Source: an uncultured Clostridia bacterium (lineage in GTDB: Bacteria > Bacillota > Clostridia > TANB77 > CAG-465). From it: 64,000 bases of DNA. Shown here one piece after another: positions 49,023 through 57,716 of this stretch; position 1 is the first letter of the stretch; the number at the start of each line of letters is the position of its first letter. The DNA lies in the NCBI GenBank assembly GCA_948562205.1, contig CAOYAN010000008.1, forward strand, positions 1,453-65,452. Direction: 5' to 3'. The position numbers were made by a program, and so were the translations under genes. The notes below the pieces were generated by a model. That model was not told where the DNA came from. It did no database searches and saw only the letters and a list, made by a program, of their open reading frames with translations.

Positions 49023-49911
49023 TATAATTTTTTAAAGATTTATTTAATTTATCAAATATTATCTCTTTTATATAATTAGGTGATATTACTTTTGCATATT
49101 CACCAAAAGATAATATATACCCATATAACCATTCATTTTCAGGTATATTTACTTCAACTAAAAAGTTTCCATTATCTAGAGTTTTAATACAATTATCATC
49201 AAATTCATCATAAACTCTATATGAAAGATTTTTATTAATCTCTAACTTCAAATTAATTCTTTTAGTATTATCTTCAAATATAATTTTATCTGTTACTATC
49301 ACTTTATCTAATGTTTCATCTAAAACATTTATATCTTTTATTCTCATAATCTTAAATAATCTAAAATCATCTTTAAAAGAGTCATATCCATAAAGATACC
49401 ATGAATTATATTTAAAACAAAGTTTTATAGGTAAAACTTTTCTACTACTATTTTCACCTTTAGTATTAAAATACATAAATTTAATAACTTTTTTATTAAT
49501 TATAGCATTTTTAATAATCTCAAAATTATTTTTATAAATATTAGAGTCTCCCCAAACATTAAAATCTACTTCAAACCAACTACTGTCACACCTATCAAAT
49601 ATAGCTTTAACTTTATTAAATAGGCTATTATCAGATATATTAAGTTTTTCCATGCTCTCTAAAGAAAATAATATATCTTTTTGCTCCTTTTCTGTAAGTA
49701 AAGATTTATCAAGCTTATAGCTTTCTAAAAGACTAATACCACCATTTTTACCTTTACTCATATATATAGGAATATTTAGCATACTCAAAGTTTCAACATC
49801 TCTATATATTGTTCTAACTGAAACTTCAAAATATTTTGCAAGCTCCTTTGCACTAACTCTACTTTTAGATAAAAGTATATATATAATTCCAAATAAACGA
49901 CTATTTTTCAT
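49018..49911 (-). CDS. YafY-family transcriptional regulator (HTH plus WYL domain)
   Basis: RLFGIIYILLSKSRVSAKELAKYFEVSVRTIYRDVETL HTH_11-type N-terminus. Central WYL-like region (VIKFMYFN...PIKLCFKYNSWYLYGY). I chose the ATG at 49911. Confidence 0.8.
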   Translation of the reverse strand: MKNSRLFGIIYILLSKSRVSAKELAKYFEVSVRTIYRDVETLSMLNIPIYMSKGKNGGISLLESYKLDKSLLTEKEQKDILFSLESMEKLNISDNSLFNKVKAIFDRCDSSWFEVDFNVWGDSNIYKNNFEIIKNAIINKKVIKFMYFNTKGENSSRKVLPIKLCFKYNSWYLYGYDSFKDDFRLFKIMRIKDINVLDETLDKVIVTDKIIFEDNTKRINLKLEINKNLSYRVYDEFDDNCIKTLDNGNFLVEVNIPENEWLYGYILSFGEYAKVISPNYIKEIIFDKLNKSLKNYI

Positions 49912-49953
49912 ACATTTTCTCACTTTCAAATTAGAATAAATATATCATAAAAA

Positions 49954-49978
49954 CAGATAGCTTTCAAGAAACTATCTG
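49954..49978 (-). terminator. intrinsic terminator after the ferredoxin-GNAT pair
   Basis: Minus strand GCAGATAGTTTC-tt-GAAAGCTATCTG (one bulge), followed by TTTTTAT. Confidence 0.7.
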
Positions 49979-49997
49979 CTATAAAATAAACTAGTAT

Positions 49998-50423
49998 TTA
50001 TTTTTTCCATATCATAAAATATTCTTTTTCTCCAGTATTTTTATCAAAATCTTCTTTTATAATTTTAAATGCTTCTCTTTTATAAAACTTTATAGCTCTA
50101 ATGTTTTTTTGATATACATTTAAACATAATTTCGATTTATTTTCTTTGATAAATTCAAGTAATTTTTTACCAATACCATTTGATTGAATTTTATTATATA
50201 CAAAAATTCCTTGTATATATTCATTATCCAGTCCAATAAATCCTAATACTTCATTTTCATCATTTACATAAACATAACATTCAGCCTTCTCCAATAATTT
50301 TTTTACTTCAGAAAAATTACTTTTCCAATAATTTGAATCAATAAAGTTATGAGCTAAAATATTACTATCAAGCCAGATTTTAGATACTTTGTCTATATCT
50401 TCTTTTTCTAATTTTCTAATCAT
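49998..50423 (-). CDS. GNAT family N-acetyltransferase
   Basis: MIRKLEKEDIDKV start at 50423, after a GGGAG RBS. QSNGIGKKLLEF motif A and FYKREAF. Confidence 0.8.
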   Translation of the reverse strand: MIRKLEKEDIDKVSKIWLDSNILAHNFIDSNYWKSNFSEVKKLLEKAECYVYVNDENEVLGFIGLDNEYIQGIFVYNKIQSNGIGKKLLEFIKENKSKLCLNVYQKNIRAIKFYKREAFKIIKEDFDKNTGEKEYFMIWKK

Positions 50424-50457
50424 ATTATTACTCCCAATATACTTAATAACTGATTTT

Positions 50458-50649
50458 CTACTCATCAAGTACTAATGCTTTTTTAGGACATATTTTAGCA
50501 CATTTACCACATCTAATACATTTATCATAATCTATTTTAGGTGCCTCAAAATCATTTTGAGTAAGTGCACCTACTGGACAAACTTTTACAGCAGGACATC
50601 TATGATTTTTAGGACAATTTTCCTCTACAATTTTTAATTTTTTCTCCAT
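50458..50649 (-). CDS. small 4Fe-4S ferredoxin-like protein
   Basis: 63 aa. CIRCGKCAKICP (CxxCxxCxxxCP) plus an upstream CP...CP...CP cluster. AAGGAGG RBS. Confidence 0.75.
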   Translation of the reverse strand: MEKKLKIVEENCPKNHRCPAVKVCPVGALTQNDFEAPKIDYDKCIRCGKCAKICPKKALVLDE

Positions 50650-50674
50650 AACTATTCCTCCTTAATACAACTAA

Positions 50675-50720
50675 ATTATATCATAAATAGCGGATAATTT
50701 TCAACAATTATCCGCTATTT
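50675..50720 (-). promoter_or_regulatory. promoter embedded in a 15-bp perfect inverted repeat (candidate operator)
   Basis: AAATAGCGGATAATT (50685-99) and AATTATCCGCTATTT (50706-20). Minus-strand -35 TTGAAA (50699-704) lies in the loop, then 18 nt, then TATAAT (50675-80). Confidence 0.55.
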
Positions 50721-50829
50721 ACATATACTACCAATTATATTGACTATAAAATATAATTATTTATATTTTCATGTATTTTATATAATATTTTTTAAATTAA
50801 AAGCTAGCAATAAATTTTGTCACTTGTTT

Positions 50830-51729
50830 TTATATCTTAAATTTTAACACAATCTTTAATTTATTATCTTGTTTTAAAGCATATATCTTCCACCCTAACA
50901 TATCACAAAATTCTTTTACTATTGCAAGTCCTAAACCTGTATTTTGTTTAGTTCTTGATATATCTACAGTATAGAATTCATCAAACATTCGATCTATATC
51001 TAACTTATCATAATTTAAATCATTTTCAAAAGATATTTCAATTTCTTCTTTACTCATAAGTTTTATTATTAGATCACTATCACTGTGCTTGTATGCATTA
51101 GATATAAGATTATCAAAAATTCTTGTAAGCATTTGTTTATTTGATAAAATATTTATTTTTAAAATATAGTTTGCAAATATAATTTTTCTATTATTTTTAC
51201 TATAATCATCATAATAATTTGCTATACATTCCTCTATTACTGAAACAATATTAACATTTTTTATTTCAGGCTTTTTATCTGTAGATATAATTTTTGAAAA
51301 TTCAAAAAATGAATTAATTAATTCTTCTAATTTCTTAAGCCTTTTTTTTATAATATTTAAGCTTTTTTTCTTTTCTTCTTCAGATAAATTTTCATTTAAT
51401 ACAATATCAATATATCCAATAGCAGATGTAAGAGGTGTTCTTAAATCATGTGATATATTAGTTATAATTTTTCTTGTATTACTCTTTTTTCTTTCAAGTA
51501 AAATTTCCTTATCTCTTATACTAATAAGTAAACTATTTATTTCATTTATAAGAAGTATAAGCTCACTAGAAGATATATTAGAGTGTAAATTTAAGTTCGT
51601 ATCTTCATTTTGGATTTCTTTTAATTCTAATGTAATTTTTACTATTTCTTTTTTTAATAAAAAAAGATATATGATAAGTATGAAAATAATTATCACTAAA
51701 AAAACTATAACAAAATTCATACCTATCAC
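50830..51729 (-). CDS. sensor histidine kinase (single TM, no extracellular domain)
   Basis: H-box ISHDLRTPLTS, N-box NLISNAYKH, G2 GLGLAIVKE. Only one N-terminal hydrophobic helix. Confidence 0.85.
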   Translation of the reverse strand: MIGMNFVIVFLVIIIFILIIYLFLLKKEIVKITLELKEIQNEDTNLNLHSNISSSELILLINEINSLLISIRDKEILLERKKSNTRKIITNISHDLRTPLTSAIGYIDIVLNENLSEEEKKKSLNIIKKRLKKLEELINSFFEFSKIISTDKKPEIKNVNIVSVIEECIANYYDDYSKNNRKIIFANYILKINILSNKQMLTRIFDNLISNAYKHSDSDLIIKLMSKEEIEISFENDLNYDKLDIDRMFDEFYTVDISRTKQNTGLGLAIVKEFCDMLGWKIYALKQDNKLKIVLKFKI

Positions 51730-51737
51730 TATCCTCT

Positions 51738-52574
51738 CTATTTTATCTCTGCCTTTTTAAATAGATTATATCCTATAAAATTAAATACTATAACATATAT
51801 TATACCAAGTATAGCACATTTTAATATATAGCTATTTGTAGGATTATTTGCTAAATTACAAAGTGCATATTGTATTTCATAATTATAAAAGATATCTGCC
51901 TTTAGCCTAAATAAAGTTATAATTCCACTTGCTATTAGTTGAAATACCATAATAAATGGTATTGATAACGTATTAAAAGTAGAAGTCTTCATAAAAGAAA
52001 ATGCAAAACATATAAGTAAACTTATTATACCATATATTAATGGAATTTGATATATGGTAAGCTTTGTAATCTCCATGAAACTTGATGCAAATTCCTTACC
52101 ATTTACTGTAATATTTAAAAAATATGTAAAGTAATTATTTAGTAATACAAAAAAAGTGCTAATTCCAAGTACAAGTAATAATTTAGAAAAATAATATTTT
52201 TTCCTACTAATTGCAGAAGCGAGTGTATTTTTTATTGATTTATTAGAAAAATCCACTGTAAGAACAATTACTACAACTACAATAAATACATAATATAAAT
52301 TAACATTTTGTCCAATTACTTCTTTGTCTAATGCAAATGTTCCAATGCTTTTTATAACATCTCTAAATTCTTTTAGACTATTTACTGTACTAATTTTAGC
52401 TAAAAGCTCTGCATTTTCTAAAGATAAATTAGAGCTACTTGTTGAAAGACCTACATGACCAGGTGATAAAGTAACTATACTTATAACTGATAGAAAAATA
52501 ATTACTGCTGTAACAATATATATTGCCTTACCTCTAAATAATCTATATAAATCTGATTTAATTATATTAAACAT
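51738..52574 (-). CDS. ABC-2 type transporter permease
   Basis: 278 aa with 6 predicted TM helices. Immediately downstream of the ABC ATPase. Confidence 0.7.
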   Translation of the reverse strand: MFNIIKSDLYRLFRGKAIYIVTAVIIFLSVISIVTLSPGHVGLSTSSSNLSLENAELLAKISTVNSLKEFRDVIKSIGTFALDKEVIGQNVNLYYVFIVVVVIVLTVDFSNKSIKNTLASAISRKKYYFSKLLLVLGISTFFVLLNNYFTYFLNITVNGKEFASSFMEITKLTIYQIPLIYGIISLLICFAFSFMKTSTFNTLSIPFIMVFQLIASGIITLFRLKADIFYNYEIQYALCNLANNPTNSYILKCAILGIIYVIVFNFIGYNLFKKAEIK

Positions 52575-53489
52575 TTACTCTACCTCCTTTATAACAGACT
52601 TAAAGTAATCTTCAAGTGTTATACCAGTTTCATATAACCCCATTATATTTATATCATTTTTTGCTAGTGCCTTGTTTACTTTATCTGTATGTTCTAAATA
52701 ATCATATAATCTAATTTCTGTATCATCTATTACTTTATAATTTGTAGTATTTAACTCCTTTTCAAGAATAATAGTAGTCTTTTTTGTATCATCAGTCTTT
52801 ATTACAATGCACTTACTGCATTCACTATCTAATTCTTCTTTTGTTAGTTCTTTTACTATTCGACCTTTTTCAATAATACAAAATTTATTTGCAACTGCAT
52901 ATAATTCAGATAAGATATGACTAGATATTAGTATTGTTATATTTTTCTCTTCATTTAATTTTTTAAATGTCTCTCTTAAATCACTAATACCTATTGGATC
53001 AAGTCCATTTATTGGTTCATCTAAAACAATAAAATCTGGATTGTCTAAAATAGCAAAAGCAATACCTAGTCTTTGCTTCATACCAAGTGAAAAATTCTTA
53101 AATTTCTTATTTCTTGCATCCTCTAGTTTTACAAGTTTTAAAATTTCATCAATTTTACTAGCATCTACTATGCCTTTTTGAATAGAATAATATTTTAAAT
53201 TTTGATATGCTGTAAGACTTGCAAAAAATGCAGGATTTTCAATAAGAGAGCCTACTCTTCTCTTAGTTTCAGTAAGGTTTTCATCAGTTTTACCAAACAA
53301 TGAAAACACACCATCTGTTTTATTAGTAAGAGTAGTTATAACTTTCATTAAAGTAGTCTTACCTGCTCCATTTCTACCAATAAGCCCATAAATATCTCCT
53401 TTAGCAACAGAAATATTAACACTATCTAGTGCCACAAAATCTTTATATTTCTTTGTTAAATTTGAAGTTTTTAAAATAATATCTTTCAT
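52575..53489 (-). CDS. ABC transporter ATP-binding protein
   Basis: Walker A GRNGAGKTT, signature LSLGMKQRL, Walker B FIVLDEP. Confidence 0.92.
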   Translation of the reverse strand: MKDIILKTSNLTKKYKDFVALDSVNISVAKGDIYGLIGRNGAGKTTLMKVITTLTNKTDGVFSLFGKTDENLTETKRRVGSLIENPAFFASLTAYQNLKYYSIQKGIVDASKIDEILKLVKLEDARNKKFKNFSLGMKQRLGIAFAILDNPDFIVLDEPINGLDPIGISDLRETFKKLNEEKNITILISSHILSELYAVANKFCIIEKGRIVKELTKEELDSECSKCIVIKTDDTKKTTIILEKELNTTNYKVIDDTEIRLYDYLEHTDKVNKALAKNDINIMGLYETGITLEDYFKSVIKEVE

Positions 53490-53567
53490 CTTTATCCCCC
53501 CTATAAGATATAGTATACAAAAAAAGTGTTAAAAAACTCTTAACACTTATCTTAAAAAACTCTTAAA

Positions 53568-54245
53568 TTATTTTTTCATTCTATATCCTATACTCCAAAC
53601 TGTTTCAATATAATCTTCACTTGCATTGCATTTTTTTAGTTTACTTCTAATTTTACTAATATGAACATTTAAAGTATTATCATCGGCAGAATTTTCATCA
53701 CACCAAACTGTATCAAACAACACACTTTTTGTATGTACTTGATTTGGTCTTTCAATTAAAGCTTTAAGTAATAAAAATTCATGTTTTGTAAAGGCAATAT
53801 TTTTACCATTGCATATTACATTATAATTTGATACATTAAGTTCAATATCTTTATATCTTAAAATATTATTTTTATTATCACTAATATTATTATTCTTTAA
53901 ATGTACTTTAATTCTTGCAATTAATTCTTTGTTATCAAAAGGCTTTGTAATATAGTCTACTGCTCCAAGTTCAAATAAATCTAATTTTTTATCTATATCA
54001 CAAATAGCACTTATTACAATTACTGGAACATTATTTATTTTCTTTAAATTTTTAATAATCTCTTCTCCATTTTTTCCAGGTAACATTAAATCTAGAAGTA
54101 TTAAATCAACATCACTATTATGAAGTAGTAAAGCTTCTGTTCCAGAATATGCACTAATTACTTCATATCCATTACTAATTAATAACTTTTTTAGCATATT
54201 GTTTATATCATTATCATCTTCTATGACAAAAATTTTATTACTCAT
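53568..54245 (-). CDS. OmpR/PhoB-family response regulator
   Basis: Receiver (DLILLDLMLPG) plus a winged-helix output domain ending VWSIGYRM. Confidence 0.9.
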   Translation of the reverse strand: MSNKIFVIEDDNDINNMLKKLLISNGYEVISAYSGTEALLLHNSDVDLILLDLMLPGKNGEEIIKNLKKINNVPVIVISAICDIDKKLDLFELGAVDYITKPFDNKELIARIKVHLKNNNISDNKNNILRYKDIELNVSNYNVICNGKNIAFTKHEFLLLKALIERPNQVHTKSVLFDTVWCDENSADDNTLNVHISKIRSKLKKCNASEDYIETVWSIGYRMKK

Positions 54246-54736
54246 TTATATAATTCCTCCAAATAATTATTAAGTTGTTCCCTTGATTTAAAAATAATAA
54301 TATTTTTTTCATCTTTATATTTTTCAATCAATCTATATATATCGGGCAATTTATCTTTTGGAAAATTTATAATACTATTTTCTAATTTATAATCAAGTTT
54401 ATCTTCAACCCAAGGTAAATCATCCCTAACTTTTCCAATACGAGATTTTGCACCCAAAAGACACTCATGAGCTGAAAAATCTAATAAAAATACTGTATCA
54501 CATTCTATTAAACGTTTTTCCAAAGTACGCTGATAATTTCCATCTATTATCCATTTACTACTCTTTAATATTTTATCCAATCTTAAATCAAATTCTTCCC
54601 TAGATATATTAGTTTTATTAGATATATGCCATATCATATCTAAATGATATAGTGGAAGATTTGTAAGTTTTTCCAATTTTTTTGCAAAAGTGCTTTTACC
54701 TGCACCAGGACATCCAATAATAATTACCTTTTCCAT
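54242..54736 (-). CDS. P-loop NTPase (adenylate-kinase-like / topology modulation protein family)
   Basis: IIIGCPGAGKSTFAKKL Walker A at the N-terminus. 164 aa. Its stop overlaps the response-regulator start. Confidence 0.7.
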   Translation of the reverse strand: MEKVIIIGCPGAGKSTFAKKLEKLTNLPLYHLDMIWHISNKTNISREEFDLRLDKILKSSKWIIDGNYQRTLEKRLIECDTVFLLDFSAHECLLGAKSRIGKVRDDLPWVEDKLDYKLENSIINFPKDKLPDIYRLIEKYKDEKNIIIFKSREQLNNYLEELYK

Positions 54737-54810
54737 TGTTATTCACCTTAATTATTTAAAACATTATTACATTCAAATATTTAATAATATTCATATTATA
54801 TATTATTGTA

Positions 54811-55227
54811 CTAAATACATTTTTTTTCTAATAACTTAAAATTACAACATCTTGATCTTATATTTTGTGGTAATCTGCCACTATTATATAACTCATATAA
54901 TTTATAAGATTTATTTTTTACTTGATAAAAATTTTTATTTAGACATTCTAATTGTTCTTTTAACAATTTTTGATATTTAAATTCCACAACTGTTAAAGTT
55001 TTTTTATTTAATATTGTAATTAAAATTTCATTATCTTTAAAACAACAAGATCTAATAATACACTATCCATGCTACCACAATTACATTTATATTTTAACTC
55101 TAACTTATCATAAGTAAAATAACATAAATAACTATATTTTCATTACACTTATTTCAATACATCCAATCCCATAATTAGTCACAAGTCTTGTATTTCCTAT
55201 TTTTTTATTCTTTAATACTCTTGCCAT
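54811..55227 (-). pseudogene. degraded paralog of the Cys-rich gene 57249..57605
   Basis: Starts MARVLKNKKIGNTRLVTNYG..., then loses frame. About 54985-55237 aligns to 57290-57605 at roughly 85-90% identity by eye, with an approximately 60-nt deletion. Boundaries approximate. Confidence 0.6.
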
Positions 55228-55257
55228 AAACTTCTCTCATTTAAAAATTAATTTTTT

Positions 55258-55707
55258 CTATATATTTTTTAACTTCATATATAAAATTGGATATGGACTA
55301 CCATGTTCATCTAACTCACTTCTTTTATATACTTCAAATTCCATATGCTCATAAAATCCTTTTGCATCTAAGTTTTGTTCATTAACTACTAATTCATTAA
55401 TACCATAATTTTCTATTCCATATTTTAGCAATTTTTTTCCTAAGCCTTTTCCTCTTTCAACATTTTTAATAAACAACATTTCAAGTCTTTTATCTTCAAT
55501 TCCCATAAAAGCAATAGGCGTACCGTTTTCATTTTCTGCAATTATTAAATGTGATACTTTGTTTAAAGCTTGTGGTACATATTTTTTTATATTTTCTATT
55601 TCTTCATTTGATAGAAATAAATGTGTTGATTTTACTGAATCTTCCCATACTTCTAATAATTTATTTATTAATAATAGTGTTCTCTCTTTAACTTCAAATA
55701 TCCTCAT
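55258..55707 (-). CDS. GNAT family N-acetyltransferase
   Basis: 149 aa. ERGKGLGKKLLKYGIE motif A and FYEHMEF. Confidence 0.8.
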   Translation of the reverse strand: MRIFEVKERTLLLINKLLEVWEDSVKSTHLFLSNEEIENIKKYVPQALNKVSHLIIAENENGTPIAFMGIEDKRLEMLFIKNVERGKGLGKKLLKYGIENYGINELVVNEQNLDAKGFYEHMEFEVYKRSELDEHGSPYPILYMKLKNI

Positions 55708-55732
55708 TTTTACTCCTAAATTTAATTTATAT

Positions 55733-56085
55733 TTACAATTTACTTAACATTTTAATTGCTTCATTTTCATTTTCTACAAAAAATATATCTTTACCATTAT
55801 TACTCTCATATATAAAATCTTTTAATGGTTTATTTGTATATTTTGAATAATCTCCATATATGGCAAATTTTATTTTATAATTTATAAACTTTTGTAAAAT
55901 TTCTCCTGCTAATCCTTTACTCAAAATAAAAAAATCCTCTGCTATTGCCTCTTTATTTAACACTATTTTATTACAATTTGTTTCATATTTAATGTTCATA
56001 ATAAAATCTATTTCTGACTGAATATTTTTAATTATAATTCACTACTTTTTATTATCACTATACCATTAATAATTTTTTTATTCAC
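55733..56085 (-). pseudogene. DUF4180-like gene with N-terminal frameshift
   Basis: Intact part (55733..55999) has EDFFILSKGLAGEILQKFINYKIKFAIYGDYS...FIYESNNG. A GTG at 56085 after GGGAGA gives VNKKIINGIVIIKSSEL*, then the frame changes. The 353-nt span is not a multiple of 3. Confidence 0.5.
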
Positions 56086-56132
56086 TTTTTTATCTCCCTA
56101 AAATTCTATTTTTATTTTGTTCTTATTAAAAA

Positions 56133-56465
56133 CTATTTTTCTCTACAGTGACATTCTGGATTTTCACAAGTACAATTAGGATTATAACCACTTGAACACT
56201 CTTCTGTACAAGTACATTTCCACCTTTTTAAAGTAGGAAACAATTTTATACAATGTTCTCTCATTTCATCATTTGTCATTCCAGCTTGTTTACCATATTT
56301 TGAACACATACTTATATATTCTTCCATTGTAACCTTATCTATAAACTCACCATTTTTATAACAATATTTACAATAATCCATATTAGTACTTCCATCTTTA
56401 TTTGTACCTAATTGATTATTTGATGATATAGGCATACCACAGCTTTGGCATATTTTATTTTCCAT
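56133..56465 (-). CDS. putative zinc-ribbon domain protein with Cys-rich tail
   Basis: ICQSCGMPI...DYCKYCY N-terminal zinc ribbon. C-terminal CTCTEECSSGYNPNCTCENPECHC. Confidence 0.65.
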   Translation of the reverse strand: MENKICQSCGMPISSNNQLGTNKDGSTNMDYCKYCYKNGEFIDKVTMEEYISMCSKYGKQAGMTNDEMREHCIKLFPTLKRWKCTCTEECSSGYNPNCTCENPECHCREK

Positions 56466-56503
56466 TTTCTATTCCTCCTATCAATTTTACTATTACATTT
56501 AAA

Positions 56504-57220
56504 TTATCTAATAAACATCTTTATATACTCATCTGTATATTTTCTAAAATATTCACAATGTCCCATTGAATTAACCTTGATAAATTTACTATTTTTATAC
56601 TTACTAATTCTAGGTAAACAAAATCTTGCTATATCCTTTGTTCCATATACAAATGTTATTTTTTTCTGTAAATTAACATCTAGTTTTGGTACTTGAATAC
56701 TATAACAACTTTCTAATAAGTTTTTTAAACTCTCTATTGTTACTATTGGTGCTACATATTGTTGTACCTCTCCCATACCATTAAAGCATTTATTCAATTC
56801 TTTTACAGTGTCTTTTGGATGTTTTTTTATATTTAATAAACATTTCTTATATCTATTAAAAAAATATTTTTTAATAATATTGGGAAATTTAAAAATAGGG
56901 GCACTATCTATAATTACTTGTTCTACTTTATAATAATTTTTACAAAAATAATTGAATGCAATATTACCGCCTAGTGAAAACCCTATAATTAACTTTAGTC
57001 TATCTATATTATTCTCTTTTAAAAATTTTTCAATATTTTCTTCCTCATTTTCCATTGATATATAACTAGAGTTTTTATAATGACCACTATAAGTTGGAAC
57101 AATTAAATAGTAATCTTTTAATTTATCTATTACAAAGTCAAAAAATTTATCACTTGTAAACATTGGATGTAATAATAATATTTTTTCATTCTTAATATTT
57201 CCATAAGTAATTATTTTCAA
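56504..57220 (-). CDS. alpha/beta hydrolase
   Basis: 238 aa. Nucleophile elbow GFSLGG and a C-terminal MGH catalytic His region. Confidence 0.75.
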   Translation of the reverse strand: MKIITYGNIKNEKILLLHPMFTSDKFFDFVIDKLKDYYLIVPTYSGHYKNSSYISMENEEENIEKFLKENNIDRLKLIIGFSLGGNIAFNYFCKNYYKVEQVIIDSAPIFKFPNIIKKYFFNRYKKCLLNIKKHPKDTVKELNKCFNGMGEVQQYVAPIVTIESLKNLLESCYSIQVPKLDVNLQKKITFVYGTKDIARFCLPRISKYKNSKFIKVNSMGHCEYFRKYTDEYIKMFIR

Positions 57221-57248
57221 GTAAATACCTCCCCTCTAAATAGAACTT

Positions 57249-57605
57249 TTACTTTTCTTTTTTATAAACACTTTCACAAGATTTACAAGTAATTTTCATT
57301 TCATAACTTGCCACTTTTTTATCTAATATTGTAATTAAGGGTTCACTATCTTTAGGACAACAAAATCTATTTTTTATAATAACTAATTCACCATTTGAGT
57401 TTTTCCCAACCTTACTATCTTCAAAATCTAATAATGCACTACCTATGCTACCACAATTACATTTATATTTTAACTCTAACTTATCATAAGTAGAATAACA
57501 TAAGTAACCTATATTCTCATTACACGTATTACAATACATCCAACCTCCATAATTAGTTGCTAACCTTGTATTTTCTAATTTTTTATTCTTTAATACTCTT
57601 GCCAT
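57249..57605 (-). CDS. hypothetical Cys-rich (putative zinc-binding) protein
   Basis: 118 aa. Cys pairs at 25/28 (CxxC), 49/51, 82/83 and 107/110 (CxxC). No family I can name. Confidence 0.55.
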   Translation of the reverse strand: MARVLKNKKLENTRLATNYGGWMYCNTCNENIGYLCYSTYDKLELKYKCNCGSIGSALLDFEDSKVGKNSNGELVIIKNRFCCPKDSEPLITILDKKVASYEMKITCKSCESVYKKEK

Positions 57606-57656
57606 AACTTTCTCTCCTTTAAAAATTATTATCTATATATAATATAATAACAGAAA

Positions 57657-57681
57657 AACAGGTAATTAACAATTACCTGTT
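57657..57681 (-). terminator. intrinsic terminator after the epimerase gene
   Basis: AACAGGTAATT-gtt-AATTACCTGTT followed by TTTTCTGTT on the minus strand. Confidence 0.75.
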
Positions 57682-57716
57682 ATAATATTCATTAAATTAT
57701 TAATTATTATTATATC

